A stretch of 64,000 nucleotides of DNA from Abditibacterium sp. (GCA_965246885.1 OZ251992.1:2752001-2816000), one strand, 5' to 3'. Counted from the first letter of the stretch, positions 1 to 10,173 are shown. Numbers and translations: made by a program. The notes: generated by a model from the letters alone, not told the origin.

Positions 1-116
1 TAAAAGCGGGCTGCTTTCGACCACGCGCAACTCGCTCACCGTCCACGACTTGCCCGCACTGTGCGCCTTGTACCCGCGCACGCTCGAAACGGCGCCGTTT
101 GCACCCCGGCAACGCG

Positions 117-2639
117 CTACGGGTTCGTCGGCGTAACGCGGCACGCTTGCGCCTCGCACTCCACCGACAGCGCGCCGTCCAAATCGGTGCGAAAGAGGGG
201 AATCTTGCGCTCCGTTAGCGCCCGCAACACTGACGGGGCCGGGTCGCTCAGGCGGTTGTAGCGCCCGCACGATATAATCGCCGCCCCCGGCGAACACGCG
301 CGCAACCATTCTGGCGAGGACGACGTGCCTGCCCCATGCCGCGCCAGCACGAGCGCATCCGCCCGCAACGGCGCCGCCCGCTTAACTAAGCGCCGCTCGC
401 CCACCGCTTCCAGTTCGCCGCCAATGACCACCGCCCGCGCATGCCACTCGACGCGCAGCGCAAGCGAGTTGTCGTTGAGTGACGCTCCCAATGGCAGCAA
501 GGGATTGAGAACGCGGATGCTCGTTGCGCCCAAGGGAAACAGTTCGCCCGCGCGCGGCACCACGACCGGAACGCCCAGCCGATCCGCTTCGCGGCGCACG
601 TTTTGGAGTTGCGCTTGGCCCAGAGCGTCCAGCAAGTCCGTCTTCTTCGTTTGCGCCGCGCGCGGGCCGTCCACAAACTGCCCCACCGGTATCTCGCGCA
701 AGACGCGGCGCAGTCCGTTGCAATGATCATCATCCGGCGAAGTCAAAAACACTGCGTCCAAGCGCGAGATGCCCAAGTTTTGCAGCGCCGGAACGAGAAG
801 ACTCGCGCCCACATCGGCCCGCTCGTGCCCATCGAGCGAGCCGCCGTCTATCAAAGCCGCGTGGCCGGATGGGTCTTGCACCACGATACTTTGCCCCTGC
901 CCGACATCTAATACCGTGACACGAAGCGTCTTGGGCGCGGGCCGAAACGCGCTCCACGTGAGCGCCGCCCCGCCTACCGCGAGCAACGCGCACACCGTCT
1001 TAGGGTGCCACGCCGCGATTTGGGCGCGCTTGCGTGAGAGCCAGAGCGCCGCTTCTGCGCGCAGTTCGGGCCACTCGTCGGCGAACGGGAGAACTGCCAG
1101 CGCCAGCAACGCGTAACACCCCAGCGCCCAACTCGCCGGAAGCGACACACCTTCGACGAGAGCACCGAACGGATGCGCCGCACCCGACGCGAGGGCACCC
1201 ACTGCGTCCGTCAAACGGTAAAGCACCCCGCCGATGGGCAGCACGAGCGCCAGCGCGCCAGCGAAAACTAACAAACCCGCAAGCGGAATGGCCAGAAAGT
1301 TAGCGCCTATCCCTGCCGCGCTCGACGTGCCAAAGTGCAACACGGAAAGCGGCCACGTCGCGGCCTGCGCTCCCAGCGACAGCGCCGCCAATTGTCCCAC
1401 AGTGCCGCCGTTCACCCGCCGAATCACCCGCAACGCGCGCGGCGCTATCACCACCAAGCCCCACACGGCGGCAAAGGTGAATTGCAGCGACAAGCTCCAT
1501 GCGAGCGCCGGGTCGAGAACCAATAAACCCAACAGCGCCGCGCACAGGAGCGACAGCCCATCCATGTCGCGCCCGCGCGCAAAGCCCAGCACGGCGAAGG
1601 CGCCGCAAGCGCCCGCCCGCCAAATCGAAGGCGTCAGGCCCGCCAGAAGCGCATACGCTACAACCCCCGGAACAACAACGACGCCCAGCCACGCGCGTCG
1701 CACCCGAAACAAACGCGCCAACCACAGTAGCCCCACCACCGCGAGCGAGATTTGCGTCCCGCTCGCCACCAACAGGTGCGACAACCCCGCCGCGCGGAAA
1801 TCGGCGCGCGTTTGGTCGGGCAAAGGCGCCGTTAGGCCGCTTTCGCCCCACACCATCGCCGTCAGTAGCGCCGCGTTTTGGCGCGGAAACGGGCGCGTTC
1901 GCAGCGCCTCTTCGTCACCCGCGAACAGCGCCTCGTAGCGCAAAAGTAGCGCCCGCCGCACCGCTTGCACGCGCCGCGCAAACGGAAACGCTGCGCCCGG
2001 TCGCAGCACGTTCAGCCGCAGCACCGGCCCGTTTTGGCACCAGCACCCGGCGATGATGTCCGACCAGAACGCATCGCGCTCGCCGGGGTTGCGCGGGCGC
2101 GCGAGGGGGCGCAAGTCGGTTTGCAGTTCCAGCCGGTCGCCGATGTCGAGCGACGCATCGAAGGGAAGAGACACCGCCACCCGCCCCGTTGCGCCCTGCC
2201 CGTCGAGGGTCTCGACTTCGAGCGGAAAGCGCGTCGCATAGCGCGACGAGCGCGGGTAGTCGGCGACCACGCCCACGACTTTCGCGGCTACAGGATGGAG
2301 CGGCTCACCGCGCGGCGCGGGCGCGGCGGTTAAGCGCGACACATCCCCGCGCGGCGGCAACAAGCGGCGCGCGGTGGTGCCAGCGAAAAAGGTCGCTAAC
2401 GCGAGCGCCCACCCCGCGCGACTTGCCCATTCATGGCGCCGCTTCGCCCACGCCAGCGCCAACCCCATCAGTAGAAACGGTGCCAGCCAAACGAGCGGCG
2501 CGTTCTCGCGCGCCAAACCTGCCCATGCCCGCGCGCACAGTCCGCCGAGGGTTACGCCCCCAAGAGCCGCCGCGCACATCCACAACAACGGGCGCAGCAA
2601 AAGCGGCGCGAAGAGCGACTGAAAAGGCCGGAGCGACAT
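117..2639 (-). CDS. comEC: ComEC/Rec2 DNA-uptake competence protein
   Basis: N-terminal TM helices, OB-like region (RPRNPGE), competence domain (FRAAGLSHLLVASG...PSIWRA...LSLQFTFAA) and C-terminal beta-lactamase fold (LDVGQG, LIDGG, NDNSL, RTDLDG). ATG at 2639 chosen; the ORF is open to 2732. Confidence 0.92.
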   Translation of the reverse strand: MSLRPFQSLFAPLLLRPLLWMCAAALGGVTLGGLCARAWAGLARENAPLVWLAPFLLMGLALAWAKRRHEWASRAGWALALATFFAGTTARRLLPPRGDVSRLTAAPAPRGEPLHPVAAKVVGVVADYPRSSRYATRFPLEVETLDGQGATGRVAVSLPFDASLDIGDRLELQTDLRPLARPRNPGERDAFWSDIIAGCWCQNGPVLRLNVLRPGAAFPFARRVQAVRRALLLRYEALFAGDEEALRTRPFPRQNAALLTAMVWGESGLTAPLPDQTRADFRAAGLSHLLVASGTQISLAVVGLLWLARLFRVRRAWLGVVVVPGVVAYALLAGLTPSIWRAGACGAFAVLGFARGRDMDGLSLLCAALLGLLVLDPALAWSLSLQFTFAAVWGLVVIAPRALRVIRRVNGGTVGQLAALSLGAQAATWPLSVLHFGTSSAAGIGANFLAIPLAGLLVFAGALALVLPIGGVLYRLTDAVGALASGAAHPFGALVEGVSLPASWALGCYALLALAVLPFADEWPELRAEAALWLSRKRAQIAAWHPKTVCALLAVGGAALTWSAFRPAPKTLRVTVLDVGQGQSIVVQDPSGHAALIDGGSLDGHERADVGASLLVPALQNLGISRLDAVFLTSPDDDHCNGLRRVLREIPVGQFVDGPRAAQTKKTDLLDALGQAQLQNVRREADRLGVPVVVPRAGELFPLGATSIRVLNPLLPLGASLNDNSLALRVEWHARAVVIGGELEAVGERRLVKRAAPLRADALVLARHGAGTSSSPEWLRACSPGAAIISCGRYNRLSDPAPSVLRALTERKIPLFRTDLDGALSVECEAQACRVTPTNP

Positions 2640-2811
2640 CGCGCCGCAAAGTAAGCGCGGATGAGCGCGGAAGCGCAAGGGGGCACGCGGAGCCGCAAAC
2701 AGAGTGAGGGGCGCCCACACCGCATCCGTCACACTGAGTTAGTTTTTAATAAGGCGCCTAATCAAAGGCGAGGATTTTGCTCTCCATCCTGCCCACGCCA
2801 TTCACTTTCCA

Positions 2812-4929
2812 ATGCAAACGCCCGAACAAACCAAGGTTTCTGATTCCGAACTTACCCGCGCGCGCGGCGGCGCGACGCCTCCCAAGAAGACGCCCGCGTG
2901 GATTCCCATCGCCCTCGTCGCCGCGCTTCTTGGGGCGGGGTTGTTCCTTAAAGGGCGCTCTGGCAAACAAGCCGACACCGACCGCCAAAGCAGCGCCCCC
3001 AGCATTAAGGCCGTGCGCTTCGTGCCCGTGACGCGCGGCACCCTCGTCTCGAACGTCCTCATCACCGGGCAATTGCGCTCGAATCAGGACGTGAATCTTG
3101 GCTCGAAAATATCGGGCATCGTGGCGCGCGTGTTCGTGGACGAGGGGCAACGAGTGCGGCGCGGGCAACTGCTGGTGCAGTTGGACGACGCCGACCTGCG
3201 CCAGCAAGTGGACGCGGCGCGCGCCTCGGTCGCGGCGGCGCAAGTGCGCTTGCAGCAAACCCAACTCAACCTTCCCTCGCGCGTGGCGCAACTGCAAAGC
3301 GCCGTTGACCAAGCTCAGGCGCAGTATCAAAACGCGCTGTCGGCCATTCAGTCCGCCCAAGCCCGTTACCAACAAGCCCTGCTTCAGGAACCCGCGAGCA
3401 TCAGCGTGACGCAGTCGCAACTCGCGGCGTCCAAAGCGGGCGTGCGCTCGGCACAAGCGGCGCTGCGAACCGCCCGCGACACCGCGCGCCAAACGCAGGG
3501 TAGCGTGAACGCCGCCATCGCTTCGGCGCGCGCGGGCCTCGCCGGAGCGCGCGCGCAGTTGGAGCAGACCCGCAACGGCGCCCGCGCTCAGCAAATCGCG
3601 GCAGCCCAAGCGCAGGTCAACCTCGCCCAAGCCCAGTTGGAAAACGCCCAAACCAACCTGACCCGCCAACAAACCCTCTTCGCGGGCGGCGCAACCGCGC
3701 AGGCCAACGTAGACCAAGCGCAAACCAACTTCAACGTCGCGCAGGCCACCCTCGAAGCGCAGCGCCAAAACCTTTCGCTTGTGCGCGAAGGCTCGCGCAC
3801 CGAAGAAGTGCGCGCTGCCGAAGAGAACGTGCGCGGGCGCGAAGCGGCGCTGCAAAGCGCCCTCGCCGACCAAAACCGCGCGCTCGCCGCGCAATCGGCA
3901 GTCACGCAATCGCTCGCGGGCGTGTCGAGCGCGCGCGAGCAAGAAACTCAAGCCTTCGCCAATCAAGCCAACATCCCCGTCGTGCGCCAGTCCACGCGCG
4001 CCGCCCTCGAAGCCCTCAACCAAGCGCGCGCGCAGGCGAACTTGCAAGCCGCCCTGCTCCGCCAAGCGCGCGTGAATTTGTCGCAAGCGCCCGGATTTCG
4101 CGCCGACGTGCCCGCTTCGCGCGCCGCCCTTGCCCAAGCGCAGGCCCAGTTACAGCAAGCGCAGGTCAACCTCGGCTACGCGCGCATCACCTCGCCGGTC
4201 AACGGCGTCGTCGCCACTAAGTTCACCGACGCCGGACAAGGCGCCGGGCCGGGCATCACCCTCATGAACCTTGTCGCGCTCGACAACGTGGTCTTTGAAG
4301 CGCAAATCCCCGAATCGCAAATCGCGCAAATCAAAGTCGGGCAGCCCGCGCGCGTAACCGTCAGCGCCATCTCGGACGCGCCCCTCATCGGCTACGTCAC
4401 CGACATCATTCCCGTCGCCGACGCGCGGCTTCGCCAGTTCCGCATCCGTATCCGCTTGCCGCAAGACGGACGCCTCACCCCCGGCGCGTTCGCGCGCGGC
4501 AGCTTGCAAACGCAGGTCATCACCGACGCCCTGCTCGTGCCGGACGAGGACATCCGCACCGACCAAGACCAGCCCTACGTCTATGTCGCTTCCGGTGGCG
4601 GCGACAACGCCAAAGTCGAAAAGCGCGTCGTCAAAGTCGGCCCGTCGGCGCGCGGCAAAACCCAGATCATCGGCGGCGTCCAAGAAGGCGATAAGATCAT
4701 CGTCGGCACTTCCACCTTCGAGGACGGCGACCGCGTCAAACCGACGGACGACGCAAGCGACGGCGGCGCGGGCGCGGGTGGCGCAACGGGAAGCAGTGGC
4801 ACGGCTGGTTCGGGCACCGGCGGCGGCAGGTCGGCGGCGGGCGGCGGCTCCTCATCGGGCGGAAGCGGTTCGGGTGGAAGCGGTTCGGGTGGAAGCGGCT
4901 CAGGCGGAAGTGGCTCAGGCGGCGGTTAA
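2812..4929 (+). CDS. Efflux periplasmic adaptor (membrane fusion protein) with a very long coiled coil and Gly/Ser tail
   Basis: One N-terminal TM, lipoyl-like halves (VFVDEGQRVRRGQLLVQLD ... ITSPVNGVV), beta-barrel (LTPGAFARG), long Q/A-rich heptads, (GGSGS)n C-terminus. Confidence 0.85.
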   Translation: MQTPEQTKVSDSELTRARGGATPPKKTPAWIPIALVAALLGAGLFLKGRSGKQADTDRQSSAPSIKAVRFVPVTRGTLVSNVLITGQLRSNQDVNLGSKISGIVARVFVDEGQRVRRGQLLVQLDDADLRQQVDAARASVAAAQVRLQQTQLNLPSRVAQLQSAVDQAQAQYQNALSAIQSAQARYQQALLQEPASISVTQSQLAASKAGVRSAQAALRTARDTARQTQGSVNAAIASARAGLAGARAQLEQTRNGARAQQIAAAQAQVNLAQAQLENAQTNLTRQQTLFAGGATAQANVDQAQTNFNVAQATLEAQRQNLSLVREGSRTEEVRAAEENVRGREAALQSALADQNRALAAQSAVTQSLAGVSSAREQETQAFANQANIPVVRQSTRAALEALNQARAQANLQAALLRQARVNLSQAPGFRADVPASRAALAQAQAQLQQAQVNLGYARITSPVNGVVATKFTDAGQGAGPGITLMNLVALDNVVFEAQIPESQIAQIKVGQPARVTVSAISDAPLIGYVTDIIPVADARLRQFRIRIRLPQDGRLTPGAFARGSLQTQVITDALLVPDEDIRTDQDQPYVYVASGGGDNAKVEKRVVKVGPSARGKTQIIGGVQEGDKIIVGTSTFEDGDRVKPTDDASDGGAGAGGATGSSGTAGSGTGGGRSAAGGGSSSGGSGSGGSGSGGSGSGGSGSGGG

Positions 4930-4941
4930 ACCTCCGGTAAA

Positions 4942-4987
4942 CTGGCGAGCGTGAAACCCCTCCTCTGGCGAGCGTGAAACCCCTCCT
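4942..4987 (+). repeat. Perfect 23-bp tandem duplication spanning the WD40 gene start
   Basis: ctggcgagcgtgaaacccctcct at 4942-4964 and 4965-4987. Confidence 0.95.
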
Positions 4988-7232
4988 TTTGGCGCTCGCG
5001 GGCGCGTTGGCAACCTTGGCACCGGCGCACGCTCAAGCCCAAGGGCCGACGCCGCAACTCGTCGTTCAAACGGGGCACAAACCCGACAGTTACGGCTCCG
5101 TCGAGGGCTTGGCGTTTTCGCCCGACGGCCAGTGGCTCGCGTCGGGCGCGGGCGGCGAAGGCACCGGCGTCGGCCAACTCTTTATCTGGAACCGCGCAGG
5201 GCAGTTATGGGCGCGCGAGGATGGCGTCGCCGCCGTTCAAGACTTGGCGTGGTCGCACAACAGCCGCTTTGTCGCCCTCGCCGACACAAGCGGCGCGACG
5301 GTCTTCGAGCGCGCAAGTGCCCGCGTCGTCGGACACGTCGCATTTGGGAACGGCAACCCCCAAACCACCAACGGCGCATCGCGGATTCAGTGCTTGGACG
5401 ATGGCCGCGTCGCCGTGCTCATTGACGGCTACGGTGGCACTCAACAGGCCCGCGTGTTCCTGTGCGATTGGCGAACTGGCGCCAAAACCGAACTCTGGCG
5501 CGGCGTTAACGTGCCGTACGGCCCCATTTTGCGCCTCTCGCCCGACGGCAGCTTGCTCGCTTTGGCCACGCGCGAGGCGCTGTTGGTCTTCGACCTCCAC
5601 AAAGGCGGCGCGGCGCGCGTGTTGAAGCACCCGTTCAGCCTCCACACTGGAATGGACACGTTCTTCGCCCCCTTCCCCAACTGGTCGCCGGATGGCCGCT
5701 TCGTCGGCGGAGTGAGCGAAGATCACATCGGCGTGTGGGACTTGACGAGCGGGGAACTGCGCTTAGAGCCGACTCCCTCCGACTATCGGTTGCCTTCCGG
5801 TCTGGCGCTCGACAACGAGGGCCGCGTCGTGTGGGAATGGAAGGCCGACCGGGACAAAGACGCCGACCGGCTCGAACGCTTCGGCGCGGACGGCAAAAAG
5901 TCCGTCGTGCTGCGCGCGCCCTCGCCGTTTGAAGGTCAAAGCGAAATGGCGACGGCCTTTGACGAGGGCGCACGGCGCTGGGCCGTTGCTGGCATCGAAG
6001 GCGACATTTCCCTTTACGACGGGAACACCGGGCAACTCACCAAAATCCTACCGAACGGAAAGCAGTGGGCCAACGCCGTCTCCTTTTCATCCGATAGCGC
6101 GCACCTGTGCGTCGGTTACGGGCGCCGCACTTATGGCGGCTCCTTCGGCGAACTGGCTGTTTACGACCTACACACCGGCGATTTAGTAACCGGTCTTGCG
6201 GTGGACGCCGATGAGTCGGGCGAAACAATGGGCGTCACCGACGCGAAGTTTTCGCCCGATGGTCGCTTCTTGGTTTGCACCGGCCAAACGCGCGACGACT
6301 ACGCTGCGCTGTCCATCTTCGACGGGGATGATTTGCGCCGCCTCACCAACGCGGCGTTGCTGTCCGGGCGAGGCTGCAAAATCGCGTGGTCGGGTGACGG
6401 GCGCTCCTTTGCAGTGGGTTCGTATGGCGGCGAGGTTTCGTTTTACCACGATTTCGGGCGCGTGACGGAGGGCAAGATCAACCCCGATTGGACGACCGCG
6501 CTCATCCCACGCGGTTCCGACGTGACTGACTTAGTGATGGGGCTGGCCGTCTCTCCTCGCAATCACCTCGTCGTCGCCGGACTCGACACGCGCGGCACGC
6601 GCCGCTTGATGGCGTTAAACGACACCACTGGCAAGGTCATCAAGACCCTGCCCGCCCAAGCGGATGTGTTCGACGTGGTGTTCTCTCTTGATGAAACCCG
6701 CTTCTGGACGGGCGAAACGAGCGGCGAGGTGAGCGAGTGGGACGCGCGCACGCTCCAGAAGACGCGCACGCTGCAAAAGGCGGGCGACTTCTGCCCGTCT
6801 CTCGCGCTGGCGGCGGATGGGCGCTCGCTGTTCGTGGCCCGCAATGCGGGCGTCGCGCAAATCGCGCTCGATTCGGGGCGCGTGCTGCGTTTGTTCCCGC
6901 CCGCTTCGCGCGAACTGAACCAAATCGCCGCGTCCAAGGATGGGCGTTGGCTGGCGGGCGCGGACGAGATGGGAACGGCGACGCTGTGGAACGCCCGAAC
7001 CGGCGCGCGCGTCCTCGCTTTCGAGCGAGTGCGGGTGGCCCGCACTCCCAAGGGCGACGTCCAAACGCAAGCCCTCACGCGCACCCCGGCAGGCGCCGTA
7101 TTGACTTCGGGAGTCAAGGAGCCGTTGGCGCTGTGGCGGCTGGGCGAGGAGCTACTGACGCAGGACGAACTGGCAAAGCGGGGCTTTCACGGCTTTGCGG
7201 GGGCGGACGTGGTGGGAGCGCTAAACCCGTAG
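4974..7232 (+). CDS. Secreted WD40/beta-propeller repeat protein
   Basis: Signal peptide (MKPLLLALAGALATLAPAHA) and repeated blades such as LAFSPDGQWLASG, FSPDGRFLV, ASKDGRWLAGAD, LWNARTG. Confidence 0.85.
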   Translation: MKPLLLALAGALATLAPAHAQAQGPTPQLVVQTGHKPDSYGSVEGLAFSPDGQWLASGAGGEGTGVGQLFIWNRAGQLWAREDGVAAVQDLAWSHNSRFVALADTSGATVFERASARVVGHVAFGNGNPQTTNGASRIQCLDDGRVAVLIDGYGGTQQARVFLCDWRTGAKTELWRGVNVPYGPILRLSPDGSLLALATREALLVFDLHKGGAARVLKHPFSLHTGMDTFFAPFPNWSPDGRFVGGVSEDHIGVWDLTSGELRLEPTPSDYRLPSGLALDNEGRVVWEWKADRDKDADRLERFGADGKKSVVLRAPSPFEGQSEMATAFDEGARRWAVAGIEGDISLYDGNTGQLTKILPNGKQWANAVSFSSDSAHLCVGYGRRTYGGSFGELAVYDLHTGDLVTGLAVDADESGETMGVTDAKFSPDGRFLVCTGQTRDDYAALSIFDGDDLRRLTNAALLSGRGCKIAWSGDGRSFAVGSYGGEVSFYHDFGRVTEGKINPDWTTALIPRGSDVTDLVMGLAVSPRNHLVVAGLDTRGTRRLMALNDTTGKVIKTLPAQADVFDVVFSLDETRFWTGETSGEVSEWDARTLQKTRTLQKAGDFCPSLALAADGRSLFVARNAGVAQIALDSGRVLRLFPPASRELNQIAASKDGRWLAGADEMGTATLWNARTGARVLAFERVRVARTPKGDVQTQALTRTPAGAVLTSGVKEPLALWRLGEELLTQDELAKRGFHGFAGADVVGALNP

Positions 7233-7270
7233 CCCGTCCGTCGGGCTTGATTTTGCACTACAAAGCCGCG

Positions 7271-7726
7271 ATGCAAAGAACTCAATGGAACGACAAAATC
7301 AGTATCGGCGCCGCTTTGGAAGCGGGCGACGCGCAAGGCTTGCACGACGCGGGCGTGCGCACGGTCATTGACCTGCGAACCGAGGACGAAAAGAGTGCGC
7401 CCGAAAAGGAGTGGGTCGAGAGCGTCGGCATGGACTATGAACCCCTGCCCACCGCGCCTGACCTGCTCGACGACGTGGCTGTCGCGCGCTTCGTGCAAGA
7501 AGTGGACTCCAGCGTTGGCCCTGTTTATGTCCATTGCAAATCGGGTGGGCGCGCGGGCATTATGACGCTGCTCCACGACGCCATTACGCACGGCTGGACG
7601 GTTGAGCACACGATGCAAGTCGCCGGAGAGAAGGGCGTCAAATTGAGCGGCGACTCGCCCTACACCGCTATTGTCGAGGATTACCTGCGTCGCCACAGCG
7701 CGGGCGAGCGGCTCAAGCAGGGGTAG
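7271..7726 (+). CDS. Cys-dependent phosphatase/sulfurtransferase-like protein (DUF442-type)
   Basis: GVRTVIDLR and VYVHCKSGGRAG (CX5R) motifs; ATG at 7271. Confidence 0.8.
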   Translation: MQRTQWNDKISIGAALEAGDAQGLHDAGVRTVIDLRTEDEKSAPEKEWVESVGMDYEPLPTAPDLLDDVAVARFVQEVDSSVGPVYVHCKSGGRAGIMTLLHDAITHGWTVEHTMQVAGEKGVKLSGDSPYTAIVEDYLRRHSAGERLKQG

Positions 7727-7873
7727 GTCGGCGAACGAATTCGGGATGGCGGTGACACGCTCACCGACCCTCCCAGAACCGTCAGAGACGTCTGTCGGCG
7801 ATTCCCGCATGTCTGTCGGCGATTCCCACGTGTCTGTCGCCGAGTCGCCGACGTCGGTGGACGACTGACGGAC
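7727..7873. repeat. 21-nt-period degenerate tandem array (7 units)
   Basis: Core units gtctgtcggcgattcccgcat / gtctgtcggcgattcccacgt / gtctgtcgccgagtcgccgac; begins directly after the stop codon at 7726. Confidence 0.85.
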
Positions 7874-8006
7874 GTTCGTTTCCCCGTCGCGTGCGTCTCT
7901 CCTGTGCGCGTGCCGTAAATTTGAAAGTTGAACTCATCAAAAAATCCCCCTTTATCTTTCTCTGGGGCGCGGTAAGATGAAGAGAAAGCGCGTCGAGGCG
8001 CGCGAC

Positions 8007-8642
8007 ATGGACATTTATCTTTCTCTTTTCGTGGTCGGCGCGGCGGGCTTGACACTGATGGCCGCGCTGGGGGCGGTTGGTGGGCATGGCTCGCACGGGC
8101 ACGCGCACGGTAGCCCTGCGCTTCGTCACTCGCCCGCTTCGCACGCGGCACCGACGCACGGACACACGCACCACGCGCTCCCCGCTCCGGGCCGCGTCAA
8201 CCTGCGCGCCGCGCTTCTGGGCTGGCTGTCGCCGCGCGTTTTGCTCACGCTTTCGATGGGCGCGGGCGCGACGGGCGTGCTTTTGGCCAACGTCCTTCCG
8301 ACTGAGCCACTGCGGGCTTTCGCTTCGCTGGGCGGCGCGATTGCCCTCGAAAAACTCGTCGTCGCCCCGCTCTGGAAAGTGTTGACCGGCTTCGCTTCCA
8401 AACCGGCACGCACGCTCGATTCCGCCGTCTTGGAAGAAGCGACTGCCCTCGCCCATTTTGATGCGCAGGGCTATGGACTGGTGGCCATAAACCTCGACGG
8501 CCACGAAATGCGCTTGCTCGCGCGGCTGTCTCCCGAACACGCCGGAGAAGCGGTGCGAACCGGCGACAAACTGCTCGTCGAAAGCGTGGACGGCGCGCGC
8601 GGACGGTGCGTCGTGTCGCCCGTTCGCTCTCCAATTTCCTAA
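8007..8642 (+). CDS. NfeD-like membrane protein (flotillin partner) with His-rich loop
   Basis: Three hydrophobic segments, C-terminal OB-like region (GYGLVAINLDG...VRTGDKLLVESVD), directly upstream of an SPFH gene. Confidence 0.7.
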   Translation: MDIYLSLFVVGAAGLTLMAALGAVGGHGSHGHAHGSPALRHSPASHAAPTHGHTHHALPAPGRVNLRAALLGWLSPRVLLTLSMGAGATGVLLANVLPTEPLRAFASLGGAIALEKLVVAPLWKVLTGFASKPARTLDSAVLEEATALAHFDAQGYGLVAINLDGHEMRLLARLSPEHAGEAVRTGDKLLVESVDGARGRCVVSPVRSPIS

Positions 8643-8672
8643 CAACCCGCCCCACCGGGCACCCATAAACCC

Positions 8673-10166
8673 ATGATCCCTTACGTCTTAGCCGCGCTCG
8701 CCCTCGTGATTTGCGTCGTCATCCCAGTGATGATCACCTCCTTTCTTCGCAACGTCGAAGCGGGCACCATCCGCCTCGTCACCCGCTTGGGCGGCACGTC
8801 GTCCATTTATCGCGGGCCGGGCAAGTCGCTCGAAGTTCCGCTCTTTACAACCGGCACCACCATCTCTTCCAAGGCCATCAACCTCGATTTGGACATCGCC
8901 GACCAAACCGCCGACGTGGACGCGCGCGGCGTTCCGGCGCCCATTAAAGTCCGCGTCCTCGCGTCGGCCATCGTGTCGGTTGGCGAATCGGACGCCATGA
9001 TTCAGACCGCCGCCAACCGCTTTTTCGCCAAGCCCGCCGCAGAGCAACTCAACATCCTCGTGGACTTGCTGTCCTCGTCGGGGCGCCGCGCGGTCAACTT
9101 GCTCACGCACGACCAACTCTTCTCGGCCAAAACGCAAACCCCGCAAGGCCGCGCCATAGAACAGGCCGCGCCCGCCTCGACCGCCATCCAAGCGCGCGCC
9201 GCCGAGGATGACGACGACCCGCTCGCCATCATCATCCGCAAAGCCTGCTCGCGCGAGCTTACCGACCTCGGCCTGTCGTTCAATTCCTTGAACATTAAGG
9301 TGGTTATGTCGGATGTCGCCGAGGCGCGCCGCCGTCAAAGCGCCGCCGAAGCACAGGCCAACGCCGACATCGTCGCCGCCCAACAAGCGCGCCGCACGCA
9401 GGAAGCGCAAATCGAAGCGCAGCGCGCCATCAACGATTCGCAGCGCGCCTTCGAGGAAACCAAAGCGCAAAACGCGGGCTTAATCGCGGCGGCGGACATC
9501 CTCCGGCAGCAGTCGCTCGAAGTCGCCGAAGCGGGGCGCCGCCAAGTCGCAACCGAAGCCCAAGCGGGCGCCGACATCGTCGCGGCTCAGCAAAACTTGC
9601 GCGCCCAACAAGCGCAACTCGAAGCGCAAAGGAGCATCTCGAACGCCCAGCGCGAATTAGAACAAACCCGCGCCCAGAACGCCGCTTTAGTGGCGCAAGC
9701 CGAAGCCCTGCGCCAAGACGCCCTCGCCGTCCAACGCGGCGCCGAACTGCGCGCGACCGAAATCGCCCAAGCCAGCGCCGACGCCGAGCGCGTCAAAATC
9801 GAAGCCATCGCCCAAGCCGAAGCGCACGCCGTCAACATCGAGCGCGTCGCCCACGCCCAAGCCACCAGCATCCGCCAAGTCAACGCCGCCATCGCCGAAG
9901 GAGGCGAAGCGTATCTACGGTTGCGCCAATTAGAACTCGTGCCGCAAATCGCCCCGCAAATCGCCGCCGCCCTCGCCCAAGCGAAGATGGTCACCATCTC
10001 CGGCGGCGACCATGCCGACGCCGCCGGTGGCACCACCAACCAAATCTCCGGCGTCATCCAAACCGTTTTAGCCGCCCAAATGGTGGCCAAAGGCGACTTC
10101 CTCGGCGGGTCGAACGGCGTCCCCGTCGTGCAATCGAACGGCAACGGCGCGGCGAAAGCGGGCTAA
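8673..10166 (+). CDS. SPFH/flotillin family protein
   Basis: N-terminal TM, Band-7 domain (IKVRVLASAIV...ELTDLGLSFNSLNIK), AE/AQ-rich coiled coil, flotillin-like C-terminus (LELVPQIAPQIAAAL). Confidence 0.8.
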   Translation: MIPYVLAALALVICVVIPVMITSFLRNVEAGTIRLVTRLGGTSSIYRGPGKSLEVPLFTTGTTISSKAINLDLDIADQTADVDARGVPAPIKVRVLASAIVSVGESDAMIQTAANRFFAKPAAEQLNILVDLLSSSGRRAVNLLTHDQLFSAKTQTPQGRAIEQAAPASTAIQARAAEDDDDPLAIIIRKACSRELTDLGLSFNSLNIKVVMSDVAEARRRQSAAEAQANADIVAAQQARRTQEAQIEAQRAINDSQRAFEETKAQNAGLIAAADILRQQSLEVAEAGRRQVATEAQAGADIVAAQQNLRAQQAQLEAQRSISNAQRELEQTRAQNAALVAQAEALRQDALAVQRGAELRATEIAQASADAERVKIEAIAQAEAHAVNIERVAHAQATSIRQVNAAIAEGGEAYLRLRQLELVPQIAPQIAAALAQAKMVTISGGDHADAAGGTTNQISGVIQTVLAAQMVAKGDFLGGSNGVPVVQSNGNGAAKAG

Positions 10167-10173
10167 ACCCGAA

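Noticed and set aside
1..116. Partial gene at the left edge
   Set aside because: Too short to assign frame, strand or product.
7727..7873. Possible CRISPR array (also 25117-25284, 44140-44248, 19036-19119)
   Set aside because: Units are contiguous 21-mers with no unique spacers, and there are no cas genes in the window.
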